Shown here in pieces: positions 46,806 through 61,559 of a stretch of DNA of 64,000 bases. Location: the NCBI GenBank assembly GCA_014905635.1, contig CM026548.1, forward strand, positions 930,001 to 994,000, written 5' to 3'. How positions within the stretch are numbered: the first letter of the stretch is position 1; every line of letters starts with the position of its first letter. The notes below the pieces were generated by a model that was not told the origin of the DNA, did no database searches, and saw only the letters and a list, made by a program, of their open reading frames with translations. Made by a program: the position numbers and the translations under genes. The DNA is from Scenedesmus sp. PABB004. Taxonomy: Eukaryota.

Positions 46806-47086
46806 GCCCGGCGTGCGTGAGAGGGGCGTTGAGTTGATGCTGATGTTGACGCGGCCGACGTTGATGTTCGCAGTTGACCGCCCGTTTGACCGCTGCCACC
46901 GCGACCTGCCGCTGTCCCGCGCCAGGCGCTCCGCACGCGCGGACACACACACGCGCCAGGCCGTCGTCGGACGCGGACCACACACACCGCACGCGTGCGG
47001 CACGAGCTGCAGCGTGCCGACGATGGTGCCGCCGCGCGGGCCACCGCGTTCGTCTTGAGGGCGCGCCCCACGCCCGCCAGTCCGGC

Positions 47087-47888
47087 ATGGAGCCTGGAGC
47101 AGAAAAGCGCCGGTGCGCGCACCCCGGGCGCGCTGCAGCAGCGGCGGCAGGGCGCCGCGCACAACCCCGCCGCTGCTCGTGCGCGCCCGCAGACAGCGCG
47201 CGGCGCCGCCGCTTGGGGCGGGCAGTCGCCGAGTCGCCGCTCCAGTCAAGGTGCGGGCCTGGCCGCCGCCCGGCTGCCACCGGCGGGGGCCGCGCGCCGC
47301 GCGCCGCTGCTCGCGCGCCGCTCACGCCGCGGACGGCGCCCTGCGGCAGATTGTGCTGCCGGGCGCGCTCAAGGACGCTGCCGCCCTCTCTGGCAACGCC
47401 CAGCTGCTGGCCAGCAAGTCGGGCGCGAAATCAGGCGCGCGGCGCGGGCGCTTGTGGCAGCGCGCCGCGCGGCAGCGGCGCGGCGCGCGCTCAGCTCACC
47501 GCCCCGCGACCGCGCGCCGCAGGCGGCGGCAGCGGCCTCATCCGGGCGGCGGCGCCCGGCGCGCGCGGCGATGGCGCCCAGCGGCAGGGGGCGCCGCAGC
47601 TGGCGCCGCCAGCAGGCCAGCAGCAGCCGCCCGCCGGCGGCGTCGAGCTGGCGCCCGGCCGCTCGGCACGCCCCGGCAGGGCCGAGCTTGGGTTTGACCC
47701 CGCCGACGGCGGCGGCAGCTTCCCGCCGCGCCTCCACCTCCACGCCGCGTTCTGGCAGGACATGGCGGCCGCCGGCGCGGCGCCGGGCGAGCCGGGCGGC
47801 GACTGCGGCGGCGGCGACGGCGCGCAGGCGGGCGGCTCCGGCGCCGCAGACGCCGCGCGGGACGACGACCCCTTTGCCTGGGTGCCGG

Positions 47889-47925
<37 letters not shown>

Positions 47926-50900
47926 CGACGACGGCGGCAGCGCGACGCCCGACGCGCCCGGCGGCGCGGCGGCGGGCGGCAGCGTGCGGCCGCGCACGGC
48001 GCAGATCCGCGCGCGCACCGCGGTGAGCCTGCCGCTGGAGGCGTTCGACTCGCCCGAGCTGGAGGTCCCCGGCCTCGCGGCGCGCTGCGCCGAGGCGGCC
48101 GCGTCCGGCCGCGGCCTGCCGGCGCGCTCGCGCTTCTTCACCACCGCCGGCGCGTTCTCGTGGGCGCCGTGCGAGGTGCTGGAGCACGACGGGTGAGCTG
48201 CGTTCTCGTGCGCAGCGCCGCCGCGGCGGCGGCCGGCGCCTAGCGCGGCCGCGCCGGTCGCGCGCCGCGCGTGCCGGCCGCGTGTCGTCGTGTGCCGATC
48301 ACGCTGGCCGCGCCGCAGTGCGAGCAGGCAGTTCCGCATCCGCTGGGCCGCCAACGGCTGTGAAAAGTGGGTGAAGCGGCTCAACCTGCTGCTGGACTGC
48401 GAGGACGCGCGCGCGTTCCGCGCCCGCCTGCGCCAGGCGCAGCGGCGCCGCGACGAGGTGCGGCGCGGCGGGCCGCGCGCGGGCTGCAGCGCGGGCCGCG
48501 CGCGCGCTCTCGCCGACCCGGCTGCCCCGCGCGCGCGCGAGCAAAAGGTCGAGCGCGAGGCGCGGTACGTGCACTACGTGGGCCGCCTGCAGTGGTACAA
48601 CCGGTCAAAGCTCGACGAGCACCTCCGCGCACGCGTGACGGCGCTGGCGGGCGCCGCGCGCGCGGCCGCGCTGCCGCGCGTCACAGACAGTGCGCGCCCT
48701 GCGGCACCGCGGTCGCGCGGTCGAGCGCGCGCCGACTGCGCCGCGCGCACCGCCCCTCACCGCGCCCCACCCCGCCCCTGCGCCCCCGCGCCCCGTCTGG
48801 CACACAGACTTCTTCGCCGCCGCCGAGGAGCACTACCGGCAGGCGGTCAACGCGGGCATCGTCGACCACCAATTCACACGGCCCGAGGGCGCCGTGCACC
48901 TGGCGGCCGCCGGCGTCGCGCCCGTGCGGGTCGCGGTGCCCGCGCCGGCGCAGGGCTGCCTGCCGCTCGCGGCGCTGCCGGACGGCGCCGCGGTCACCAC
49001 GCGCACGCCGCCCAGCGCGGCGACCAAGGCGGCGGCGGCCGGCGCGGCCGCGGCCGCGGGGCGCCGCTGGGGGCGCGCGACGGTCGAGGAGCGCGCGGCG
49101 GCGGACGACGTGGCCGAATGGCACGCGGCCGGCCCGGGGCCGGACGTCGAGCCGCTGCGCCGCGCGGCCTTCGGCGACCTGCGCGCGGCGCTGTCGCGGC
49201 GCGCGCTGCTCGTGCAGCCCCGCCTGCTCGCGGCGCTGGCTGCGTACCAGGGCGCCTGCGCCGCGGTGGAGCGGCTGTGCCTCGTTGACGCGCGCATGGC
49301 CGAGCTGCCGCGCCCCGCGCACCTGGGCGGCTTCCTGGCGCTGCAACGGCAGCACCTCGAGGGCGCGCTGGAGACGCTGCACTGCAGCTGGGCGATCAAG
49401 GTGCGGCGGCGCGCGCGCGGGCCCCCGCCCTGCCCTGCGCCGCGCGCGGCCGAGCGAGCCGCGGCCGACCCGCCGCCCCACGTGCCGCCGCGCGCCCGGG
49501 AGCAGGCCTCCAACGTCGCGGACGCTCTCGTGCGCCCCCGCGACGCGGCTGCGGAGCCCTCCGAGGGCCTGGCGGGCTGCTACGACGACGACGAGGGGCG
49601 CGCCGCGGCAGCTGCCGTCGCGCTGCCGGGGCCGCCCGTGCCGGCGGAGCAGGCGCGGCGCTGCGTGGGCGTGATGGCGCTGCTGATGCGGCACTTCCTG
49701 CGAGGGCTGGTCGAGGCCAGCCTTCACGCCTACGTGCGCCTGTGGGCCGACTACGACCTGCCGCCCGGCAGCCGCGCGGCGTTCGCAGGCTACCCCGACG
49801 CGCTCGTGCCGCCCGACCCCGACGCCGCTGCGACCGCGGCGCTCGGCGACGCCAACCTCGCGTGGCGCGCGTCGCGGCCAGGCGCGGGCGCCGCGTGGGG
49901 CGGCGACGCGTTCTGCCCCGCGCCGCCGCCGCTGCTGGCGCTCGCGCTCGTGCTGCGCGGCGGCGGGCCGCCGGCGCTCGTGCCGAGCCTGGCCGAGGTG
50001 CGCGCCGCCGCGCTGGGCGTGCTAGACGGCGTCATCGAGGCAGGCATGGGCGTTGAGGACCTCGGCGCCAAGGCGGGTCGGCGTGGGCGTGGTGGGGTCA
50101 GCCAGGGCCTGTGTGGCGCGTGTTCTGTCAGAACGCGCCGGCCCCCGGCGCCGTGCAGGGCGAGCCCTTGCGCTGCCCTGGCCGCCTGCGTTCTGACGAG
50201 CGGCTCCCGCGCTCCGCCTGCCGCCCTTCCTCCCTGCCCAGGCCCTGGACCCCAGCTCGGCCGCGGCGCTGTGCCCGATGGAGCTGGACGACCCGCTGGC
50301 CGAGGAGCTGCGCGGCCGCGTGTCCGCGGTGCTCGACGCGGGCCTCGCCGGCCCCGCCGCGCTGCTGGAGGCGTTCGTCCAGCTCCAGCGCGAGCTCGAC
50401 GGCGCCGCCGGCGCGGGCGGGCACCTCGGGGCCTGGGCGGCGGGCGAGCACAGCCTGGCGGAGACGGAGGCTGAGATCGAGCGCCTGCAGCAGGTACGGC
50501 CGCGGCGCCGGGCCAGGCTGGCGTGGGATCGGAGGCCGCGCCAGCTCTGCACAGCGCGCGCAGCGCGCGCACGCACGCGCGCGCGTTGGTGGCGCTGAGC
50601 GCCCGCGCGCGTCTGGCCGCCGCTTGCAGCTCGCTGCCGCGGTGGAGGCGCGGTCGGACGATGTCGTCAGGTTCCGGCTCGTGCACGTCGACGTGGCGCA
50701 GGCCAAGGCGGCGCTCGCGGCGCAGGCGCTCGCGGCGCGCCGCGCGCTGCAGGCCTGGCTCGCGGAGCGCTGGCACGCGGACAACGCGGCGGCGCTCCTC
50801 AGGTTCGAAGAGATCACCGCCACGCTCAGCCAGGAGCCCGCCAGCACAGAGGAGATGGACGCCCTGGACAAGTCCCTTGCCGCGCTCGAGCACGTGCGCC

Positions 50901-53900
50901 GGGGGGCGGCGCATCGCCGGGCTGGGGCGGCGCGGCGCGGCGCGGCCGGAGCGCCGCACGAGGCCTCCCCGCGCATGCGCCCGCGCCCGCAGGAGCTCCC
51001 AAGCATCCAGGCCCGCATCGACGCCTCGGCCGCGACGCACGCGGTGCTGGAGGCGAGCCACGCAGCGCTGCCCGACGACGCCGCGGACGCGTTCTGGGCG
51101 CTGCGGCGCGCGCCGCGCGCGCTGCGCGAGGAGGCGGCGGGCACGGCGCAGCGGCTGCTGGGCCACCGCGAGGCGTTCCGGGCGCAGCTCGCGGACGACC
51201 AGGAGGACCTTGCGGCGGCGCTGGCGACGCTCAGGGTGCGGCGCGGCCCACCCGCGCGCGCGCCGTCTTTCTGTGTGCACGGCCGCGCCCCGGCGCATCG
51301 CGCGGCGCTCACACACCCGTGCCTCGCGGGTGCGCCGGCAGGCCGACGTGGAGGCGTTCGCGCAGCTCGGCGGCCTGCCAGCCGCGGAGGAGCGCCTCGC
51401 GGCGGCGCAGGAGCTGGAGGCGCGCCTGGGCGAGCTGGGCGTGCGCGCGGAGCTGTACCAGGTGCGCACACGCAGCCGGGCGGCGCAGTTCCGAGGGGGT
51501 CCAGCACGACAGCGCCTGCCGCGCGCGCTCCAAGCGTCCCGCCCGCCGACGCCTCACGCCGGCCTGCGTTGGACCACGCTGCGCGCGCCGCCAGGCACGG
51601 GAGGACATCTTTGGCGTGCCCCGCACGCCCCAGCCGCTGCTGGGAGAGGTCGGGCGGGCGCTCGAGCCGCCAGCGACGCTGTGGCGCATCGCGTGCGAGC
51701 TCGGCCGCCGCCTGCCGGACTGGATGGACGGTGAGCCGAGGGCCGGCACTGGGTCGCCTGGCGGCGGCGGCCTCGGCGCGCACGGCAACGCCGCCGCCGA
51801 CCAACCGCCACGCGCAGGGCCCTTCAACGAGATCGACGCCGACGCCGTAGCGGCCGACGTGGACACGTGTGCCCGCGCTCGCCGCGCTCACTCGCTGCGC
51901 CGACACCGCGCTCGTTCGCTGCGCCGACGCCGCGCCGACGCCGCGATTGCTACGCAGGTGGACCCGTGCGGGCGCAAAGCTGCTCAAGCAGCTTACCGGC
52001 GCGCCGCTCGCGGCGGCCGAGGCAGTGCGGGGGCAGCTGGCCGCGTTTGCGGGCCACCTCCCGCTCGTCGCGGCGCTGCGCAACCCGGGGCTGCGCGACC
52101 GGCACTGGGACAAGATCAGCGCCGCGGTGGGCTGCCCGGTCAAGGCCGACGCAGGTGCGTGCAGGGTGTGGGCAGAGGGCCGCTTCGCTACCTGCAGCGG
52201 TGCGCGCTGCCGCCGCGCACGTTCCACGCCGCCGCTGCCGCCGCCGCCGCTGCCGCTGCCGCTGCCGCTGCAGGCTTCAGCCTCAGCCGCGCGCTGCAGC
52301 TGGGCCTCCCGGCTCAGGTGGCGGCGATCGAGGAGGTCAGCGAGTACGCGGGCAAGGTGCGGCGGGGGTCGGGATGAGCCGGACTAGGCTGCGCACGCGA
52401 GCGGGCGTGACACGGCGTTCAGTGTGCAGCCACACTCACACTCGCACGCGTGCGCCGCGCGCGCCGCGCGTGCCGCGCCGCGCCGCGCCGCGCCGCGCAG
52501 GAGTTCACGCTGGAGCGCACCCTCGACAAGATGGCCGAGGAGTGGGCCGGCGTCAGCTTTGAGACGGCGCCGTGGCGCGCCACGGGCTGCTGCGTGCTGC
52601 GCGGCGTCGACGACATCCAGCAGCAGGCGCGCGGGGGCGCCCCGCTCGCGGCTGCTTTCTGCTCGCGCGCCGCCTCGCCCGCCGCCGCATCCTGACTGGC
52701 GAGTCCGACCGGCCGCCGCCGCTGCCGCCGCGCCTGCGCCTGCGCCGCCACCCCAGCTGGACGACCAGGTGGTCAAGGCGCAGGCGATGCGGGCGAGCCC
52801 GTACGTGGCCCCGTTCGAGGCGCGCGTGACCGCCTGGGCTGCCAAGCTCAACCAGGCGCAGGCGAGCTGCGTCGGGGGCGGGCGCCGGCGCGCGGCCGGC
52901 TGCGCGCGCGCGCCGCGCCGCGCGGCCGTGACGCTCGCGACGTCGACGCCGCCGCCGCCGCGCGCGCGCGTCTCAGGACGTGCTGGACGAGTGGCTGCGC
53001 GTGCAGCAGGGCTGGCTGTACCTGGAGCCGATCTTTGGGTCGGACGACATCACGCAGCAGATGCCCAACGAGGCGCGCAAGTTCAAGGCCGTCGACGCAA
53101 CGTGGCGGCGCGTGATGGAGCAGCTCGCGAAGCAGGCCGAGGCGCGGCGCGCCACGCGGCGCAGCGCGGCGCGGCGCGCGGGGCCGCGGCGCGCGGCGCG
53201 GCGGCGTCTGCGGCGGCGCGGCACCGCGGCCGCGACTGCCCAGCCACCACCCGGCCGCGGCGGTGCCGCAGGTCCTCGTCGTCACCGCAAACGACGAGCT
53301 GCTCAAGAGCCTGCGCGAGGCGTCCAAGCTGCTCGAGCAGGTGCAGGGCTTTGGCGCCGCGCCGCGCCGCCGCCCGGGCCCGGGCCTCGCTGCTCGTGTC
53401 GGCCCGGCCAGCCGCGCTGAGCGCGGCGCCCCCGCCCAATCACGTGCCCCACAGGTGCAGAAGGGCCTGGCCGACTACCTCGAGACCAAGCGCCTCGCCT
53501 TCCCGCGGTGAGCCCGCCGCGCCAGCGCCCCGGCGCACGGGCGCCCTGGTTGCGCAGGCCGCCCCGGGCTGAGCAGCGCTGCGCGGTGCGCGGCCGCCGC
53601 CCGCCCAACTTCCCGCCCGCCCGCCCGCCCGCTGCCGCTCCCGTCCCCCGCCAGCTTCTTCTTCCTGTCAAACGACGAGCTGCTGGAGATCCTCAGCCAG
53701 ACGCGCGACCCATCGGCGGTCACGCCCTTCCTGCGCAAGATCTTTGAGGGCGTGGCGGGGCTGTCCTTCCGCGCCGACGGCTGGGCCGACGCGATGCTCA
53801 GCGAGGAGGGCGAGCGCGTGCCGTTTGCCAGGTGCGGGCGCTGCTGCGTCCGAGGGCTCTGGGCGGCCTCCCGGCGGCCGCTGGCGCGCAGCGCGCGGCG

Positions 53901-56900
53901 CACACACGCGCACGCGCGCGCGCTCACGCCGGCCCGCCGCGGCCGCAGGCCGTTCAACCCCTCGGCCGCCGGCGGCGCGGTCGAGCGCTGGCTGATCGAG
54001 TGCGAGGGCGCGATGCGCGGCACGGTGCGGTCGGTGCTGCGCGCGGCGTGGGACGCGCACGCGAGCACGCCGCGCGGCGCGTGGACGGGCGCCTGGCCGG
54101 GGCAGTGCGTGCTGGCGGCGGACCAGCTCGTGTGGTCGGCGGCCACGGCGGAGGCCATCGTGCGCGGCACGCTGGCTGCGTACGCCGAGCAGCTGACGCA
54201 GGAGCTGCTGGAGGTGCGCCGCGCGGGAGGGCGGGGCCTCGGGCTGTGGCGCTGCAAGCCCGAGCCCGCCGCGCGCCCCGCCCGCCCCGCCGCAGGTGGT
54301 CGACCGCGTGCGTGGGCCGCTGAGCCGGCTGGAGCGCAAGACGCTGGCGGCGCTGATCGTGATTGACGTGCACGCGCGCGACGTGACGGCGGGGCTGGCC
54401 GAGAAGCGCGTCAGCAGCACGGCCGACTTTGAGTGGACCTCGAACCTGCGGTGCGGCGCGGGCGCCCGTGCCGGGCGCGGGTTGCTGCCAGGCGGCCGAT
54501 CGGCGCGGGCGGGCGGCCGAGCGGCGCGCGCGCGCCGCCGCCGCCGCAGGTACGACTGGGAGGGGGAGGGCGGCGATGGGCTGGTCGTGCGCATGGTCAA
54601 CGCCACCCTGCCCTACGGTGCGCGCGGCGGCCAGCGGCGCCGCGGCGGGGGCCTCGCTCCAGGCGCTGCGCGGGCGCGCGCTCTTGCTCCCCAGGCGGCC
54701 GCCCGCGCGCGCGGCCGCCGGCACCGCGCACCCGCACGCCGCCACCGCCGGCCCTGCCGCCGCGTCACTCGCCCCAGGCTACGAGTACCTGGGCAACAGC
54801 TCCCGCCTCGTCATCACGCCCCTCACCGACCGCTGCTACCGCACGCTGCTCGGCGCGCTGCACCTCAACCTCGGCGGCGCGCCGGAGGGGCCCGCGGGTG
54901 CGCGGGCGCCGCGCCTCGCCGCGCCCCGCCCGCGCCCGCTGCGCCCCGCCCCCGCGCCGCGCGGCGACGAGCGCGCGGGGCCGCCGCCGAGCGCGCGCGC
55001 GTGGGCCGGCGCCGCCGAGCGCGCAGGCACGGGCAAGACGGAGACGGTGAAGGACCTGGCCAAGGCGGTGGGGATGCAGTGCGTCGTGTTCAACTGCTCC
55101 GACGGCCTCGACTACCTCGCCATGGCGCGCCGCGCCGTCCCGCCGCTGTTGCAGCGCCGCCGCCGCCGCCCGCGCCTGCTGCGCATGCTGCGCCCGCCGC
55201 CTGCCGCCCCGCCAACGATGCTGCCGCTCCTGCCGCTCCCGCCGCGTCGCAGGGCAAGTTCTTCAAGGGCCTCGCGGCGAGCGGCGCGTGGGCGTGCTTC
55301 GACGAGTTCAACCGCATCGACCTCGAGGTTTGTGTTGTTTATTTGGGGAGGGCGGGGCTGTCCGCGTGTGTGGGCCTTGCTGCCGCCCCACCGGTGGCGG
55401 TCGCGGCGCCGCGCTGCGCCGCGCGCGCTGAGCACGCCGCCGGCGCGCCGCTGCCAGGTGCTGAGCGTCGTGGCGCAGCAGATCCTCACCATGCAGCGCG
55501 CCAAGGCGGCGGGGCTCAAGAACTTTGAGTTTGACGGCACGCGCCTCGCGCTACGGTGCGCGCGTGCTCCGGCGCGCGGGCGTGCGTCAAGCGTGCGTCT
55601 GCCTGCCCCGCTGTCCTCCCGCGCGCACGCCCACGCCCGCCGCCGCCCCTGCCCAGGGCCACGTTCTCAACCTTCATCACCATGAACCCTGGCTATGCAG
55701 GTGCGGCAGGCGGCGGGCAGCTGCAGCCAACCAATTAGCGCCCGAGCGGCGCCGCCGCGACGCGCCCGCCGCGTTGGCCCGCCGCGCCGCGCCGCGCGCG
55801 TGCGCCGGCGGGGGCGGCGGCCCTGACGGCCGGCGCCGCCGCCGCCGCGCCGCCCGGGCCAGGCCGCACGGAGCTGCCCGACAACCTCAAGGCGCTCTTC
55901 AGGCGCGCCACAGCCCCGGGGCCGGGGCAGGCAGCGCGCACCCAGCGACCGGCGTGCACGCCGCGCAGCCGGCGCCGCGCGCGCCTCGGCGTGGTGCCGT
56001 GCTGACCTGACCATGAGAGCCAACCCCCACGCCACGCCGCGCGATGCGACCCAGGAGCGTGGCGATGATGGTGCCTGACTATGCGCTCATCGGTGAGATA
56101 AGCCTGTATGCCGCCGGCTTCCTGCGCGCGAGAGAGCTCGCGCGCAAGCTCGTCGCGACGTACCGGTGCGGCGGAGCGCGCGTGCGGCTGCGTGGGCGCT
56201 GTGTGCAGCGACGAGGGCGGGGCGCTGAGCGCGCGCTCGCGGCGGGCGCGGCGCTGGCGCCCGCCGGCGTTCCGTGCCGCCGGCGCCTCGCGCAGGCTCT
56301 GCAGCGAGCAGCTGAGTAGCCAGTCCCACTACGGTGCGCGGCGCAGCACTGGCGGCCCAGCGCGCACGCGGCGCCGCCAGCCGCGCGCCTTGGAGCCCCC
56401 TCCCCGGCAGCGCTCTCAAACCCCGCTGCCGCCGCCGCCGCCGCCGCCGCCGCCGCGCCGCCGCGCGGCAGACTACGGCATGCGCGCGGTCGTGTCGGTC
56501 CTACGCGCCGCGGCGGCGCTCAAGCAGGCGAGCCCCGGCGGCGACGAGGCCGCGGCAATGCTGCGCGTCATCCGGGACGTCAACGCACCGAAGTTCCACG
56601 CCCCAGACCTGCCCCTCTTTGATGGCATCCTCTCAGACCTCTTCCCGGGTGCGGCGCCAGTTGCACCCGGCAGAGCCTGCGACCCCAGCAATGCTGGGGT
56701 GGCGCCCGGGCGCGCGGGCGGTGAGCGCGGGCGGTGATGCGCCCCCGCCGCCGTGCTGCCACGCAGGCGTGGCGCTGCCGCCGCCCGACCACGCGCAGCT
56801 CGCGGCTGCGCTGCGCGGCGCGGCGGGCGCGGCGGGGCTCGTGGCGACGCCCGCGTTTGTGGACAAGGCGCTGCAGCTGCACGAGATGGTGCTCGTGCGC

Positions 56901-59900
56901 CACGGCCTCATGCTCGTGGGCGCCCCCTTCTCGGCCAAGACGTCCATGATCAAGTGAGGGCCGCGCCAGGAGGCTCTCAGCGCGCCGCGCCGCGCAGCGT
57001 GCGCAGCGCGCGCAGCGCGCGCAGCGCGCGCAGCGTGCGCGCCGCGGCGCGACCCTCAAACCGCCGCGCCGCGCAGGACGCTCGCGGCGGCGCTCGGCGA
57101 CCTCGCCGCGGGCGGGCAGGTGGGGCAGCAGCGGGTGCACACGCGCGTGATCAACCCCAAGGCCGTCACGCTCGGCCAGCTCTACGGCGCGTTTGACGCG
57201 GTCAGCCACGAGTGGACGGACGGCGTGCTCGCAAAGGCCTTCCGCGACGCGGCGGTTGACACGCGCCCCGACCGCCAGTGGCTCGTCTTTGACGGCCCCG
57301 TGGACCCGGTCTGGATCGAGGTGCGCAGCGGCGGGCGCGGGCATGGCTGCTGGTCCGTGCGCGCAGCCTCGGCACGCCCGCCGAGGCCGCGCCCCCGGCG
57401 TGCCGCGCCGCAGAACATGAACACCGTGCTGGATGACAACAAGAAGCTCTGCCTGAACTCGGGTGCGCGCTCGGCGCCAAGCCCTGCCACGCCCGGCCGC
57501 GCCGCCCAGCCCCGCGCCGCCAACGCGAAACCGGCGCTGCTCCGCCGTGTCGCCCGCCGCCGCACCGCAGGCGAGATCATCCAGATGTCGCCGCATATGA
57601 GCCTGCTGTTCGAGGTCCAGGACCTCGCCGCCGCCAGCCCGGCGACGGTGTCCCGCACGGGGATGATCTACGCCGAGCCGTCGCAGGCGCGCGCGCCGCG
57701 CTTTGGCGTCGTCCGGCCCCACCCGCGCCTCGCCGGCCGCGCCCGCCCGGCCGACGCCGGCCGGCGTCGACGCCCGCCGCCGCGTCCGCCGCAGATCGGC
57801 TGGCGCCCGCTGTGCGAGGCGTGGCTGGCGCACCGCCTGCCGGCGAGCGTGACCGCGGAGCAGCGCGCGCGGCTGCGGGAGCTGTTCGAGTGGGCCGTCG
57901 ACCCGTGCGTCGCGTTCGTGCGCAAGCACTGCCAGTGAGTGTGGTGTGGGCTGGGGGCGCTGCGCGCGGGCCGCACCACGAGGTCAGCTCTGTGCGCGCA
58001 CCGCGCGCGCGCGCGCGCGCGCCCACCAATCGCACCGCCGGCACCGCTGCCAGGGAGCTGATGGGCACGTCGGACATCGCGCTGCCGGTCAGCCTGATGA
58101 CCCTGCTGTGGAGCCAGCTCGACGAGTGGCGCGCCGCCGACGCCGCCGGCGCGCCGGTGCGCGCGGTGCAGCAGGGCTCCGACGCCGCCGCGCCGCGCTG
58201 CGCGCGCCACATCGCCAAGCCCGCGCCCGGCCGCTGCGCCGCACACCACAGGTCAAGCTGGCCGACCCGAGCGCCGCGCTGGACGGGCTGTTCGTGTTCA
58301 GCCTGGTCTGGTCGCTCGGCGCGACGTGCGACCGGCTGAGCGCGGCGCGCTTCGACGCGTTCCTGCGCGCGCTCCTCGCGCGCCGTGTGGCGGCCGAGCC
58401 CGAGCGCACCGGCTGGGACCTCGGGCCGGGGCTCGCGATCGCTTACCCCGCGCAGCTCCCGGCGGCGCCGCCAGAGGTGCGGGCCCGCCGCGCGGGCGGG
58501 CCGCGAGGGGCACGCCGCGCCGGGCGCTGACGCCTCGGCCTGCTGCCTGCTGCCTGCTGCCTGCCTGTGTGACGCCGCGGCGCGGGCGCCCCCGCCTGGC
58601 CGCGCAGGAGGGCGGCGTGCACGACTATGCCTATGACAAGGCCGCCTGCGCGTGGCGCCACTGGATGGCGGGCGCCCCCGGCGGCGACGGCGCGCCGCGC
58701 TGCGCGCCGCCGGTGCTGCCTGAGGCGCTGCGCTTCACGGAGCTCGTCGTGCCGACCATCGACACGGCGCGCTACGGCGCGCTGCTCGCCCTGCTCGCGG
58801 GGCACCGCCAGCACGTGCTGCTCGTGGGGCCGACGGGTGCGCTCTGGCCCGCGCCGCGCAGCGCGGGAGGGCCGCCGCGCCGCCGGCGCGCGGCGCCAGA
58901 CGCCGTGCGATACACACGCGTGCGCGCGCAGGCACGGGCAAGACGCTGTACGCCAAGGCGGCGCTCGAGGCGCTCGCGCGCGGCGGGCACACCGTCATTG
59001 CCACCGCCTTTAGCGCGCAGACGAGCGCCAACCAGGCACGGCGCCGGCGGGGCGCTGCCTGGGGGCCGGGTGCGTCGGATCTGCCAAGCCGCCGGCGCGT
59101 GCGGCGCCGAGCTCGAGCGCGGCGGCGCCGCGCCCGCAGGTGCAAGACACCGTGGACGGCCGCCTCGACCGGCGGCGCAAGGGCGTGTACGGCCCGCCGC
59201 TCGGCGCGCAGGCGCTGGTGTTTGTCGACGACCTCAACATGCCCGCGCCCGAGGCGTTTGGCGCGCAGCCGCCCTGCGAGCTGCTGCGCCAGCTGCTCGA
59301 CCACGGCGGCTGGTGCGCGCCGCGACGCGCGGCTGTGCCAAACCCGACCATGGGATGCGCGCGCGCGGCCGCTGAGCCCCGCGCATCCGCAGGTACGACC
59401 GCGCCGACAACTCGTTCCGCCAGCTCGCGGACGTGCAGCTCGTGTGCGCGATGGGCCCGCCCGGCGGCGGGCGCAGCGCGGTCAGCGCGCGCCTGCTGCG
59501 CCACTTTGTGGTGCTGGGCGTCAACGAATTCGACGACGCCACGCACGCGCGCATCTTCACGGCGATCAGCGACTGGTGCGGCCGGGCGGGTGGGGCAGCG
59601 CGTGCGGGGCTGCGTGCGTGCCGGGCCTGGCGCCGGCAGCCAGCGTGCGGCCGCTGCGCGCGCCCCGTCACGCCACCCGCGCGCCGCCGCAGGTGGGCGC
59701 GGCGCGCGCGCCTGCCGGGCCCGGTCGCGGCGGCGCTGCCCGGCGTCGTCGCCGCGAGCGTGGAGGCGTACGCGGCGATCCGCGGCGCGCTGCTGCCGAC
59801 GCCGGCGAAGAGCCACTACACGTTCAACCTCCGCGACCTGGGCAAGGTCTTCCAGGGCATGGCTTGCGTCGGCGCGCCCCCGCCCGACGCGCGCGCGCTG

Positions 59901-61513
59901 CTGCGGCTGTGGGCGCACGAGGCGTGCCGCGTGTTTGGTGACCGCCTCGTCGCCGACGGCGACCGCGAGTGGCTCGCGGGGCTGCTCGCGGGCATGGTGC
60001 CCAAGCACATGGGCGGCATGCGCTTCGACGAAGCGTTTGAGGTCGACGACCCGCCCGCGCCCGCGCCTGAGCCGGGGGCCGCCGCCGGGGGCGGCGCCGG
60101 CGCCCCGGACGGCGGCGCGGCGGAGCGCGCGCGCTGCGCGGTGGCCGCGGCAGCGCTGCGGCGCGTCGTGTTTGCTGACTTCCTGCAGCCCGGCGGGCCC
60201 GACGCGGCCGCGTACGAGGAGGCGGGCGACCCCGCGCGCCTGCTGCGCGCGGTGGAGGACGCGCTGTCAGACTACAACGCCCAGGTGCGCTGCCAACGCG
60301 TGTGTGTGCAGCGGCGGCGCCGCTGTGCAGCGCAGCGGGTCACCGCACCGCCGCCGTGCTGTGCCGCGCCGCGGCAGATGAAGAGCCGGCTGGACCTCGT
60401 CGTCTTTGAATACGCGGCGGAGCACGTCTGCCGCATCAGCCGCATCATGAAGCAGCCCCACGGCAACGCCCTGCTGGTGCGCGGGCGGGGCCTGGCGCAG
60501 CCGCGCGCCGCGCGCCGCGCGCACCCGACCGACGCCGCGCGCCGCCGCGCCGCAGGTGGGCGTGGGCGGGAGCGGGCGGAGCAGCCTCACGCGCCTCGCC
60601 GCGTTTGTGGCGGACTACCGCCTCGCGGAGGTCCAGCCGGCCAAGGGCTACGGCGTCGCCAAGTGGCGGGAGGATGTCAAGAAGATACTGCTGCAGGCGA
60701 GTGGCGCGGCGCGGCCGCACGGCCGACCAACGCGCCTGATGCGCACGAGGCGCCGCCGCCGGCCCGGGCGTGGAGCGCGCGGCCGCGCGCCCGGCCGACC
60801 TCCCGCCGCCGCCGCGCGCCGCAGGCCGGCGCGGGCGGCACGCAGACGGTGTTCCTGCTCGCGGACGGGCAGCTGAAGGACGAGGCGTTCCTGGAGGACA
60901 TCAACAGCATCCTCAACACCGGTGCGCTGCGACGGCCGGGCGCAGCACACGCTGCGCAGATGTTCTGCGCTGTGCTGACCTGACCGGCTGACGCCGGCCG
61001 CCGCACGCACGCGCGCGCGGCCCGCAGGCGAGGTGCCCGGCCTGTTCGCCAAGGACGAGGTGGTGGGCATCCTGGAGGCGGTGTCGCCGCGCGCGCGCCG
61101 CGCCGGCGCGCCGCTCACGCCGGCGGGGCTGTGGGCGTTCTTCTTGGGCAGCGTGCGCGACCACCTGCACCTCGTGCTCACCATGAGCCCCGTCGGCGGC
61201 ACGTTCCGCGAGCGCCTGCGCAAGTGAGCTGCGGGCGGGGCGCCGCCGGGCGTGGCCGCGCCCGCCGGCGCTCGCGGCACCGGCGGCTCACGGCGCCGCG
61301 CGACGCGCCGCCCCGGCGCCCGCGGCGCCGCGGCGCAGGTTCCCCTCGCTCGTCTCGTGCACGACGATCGACTGGTTCAGCGTGTGGCCCGCCGACGCGC
61401 TCAAGTCGGTCGCCGCCAAGTTCCTGCCCGCCGTCGAGCTGCCGCCCGGCGCCGCGCCCGCGCCGCAGCCCGGCGGCGCCGCGCCCGGCCCCGCCGGCGA
61501 GGCCCGCGGCGAC

Positions 61514-61559
<46 letters not shown>

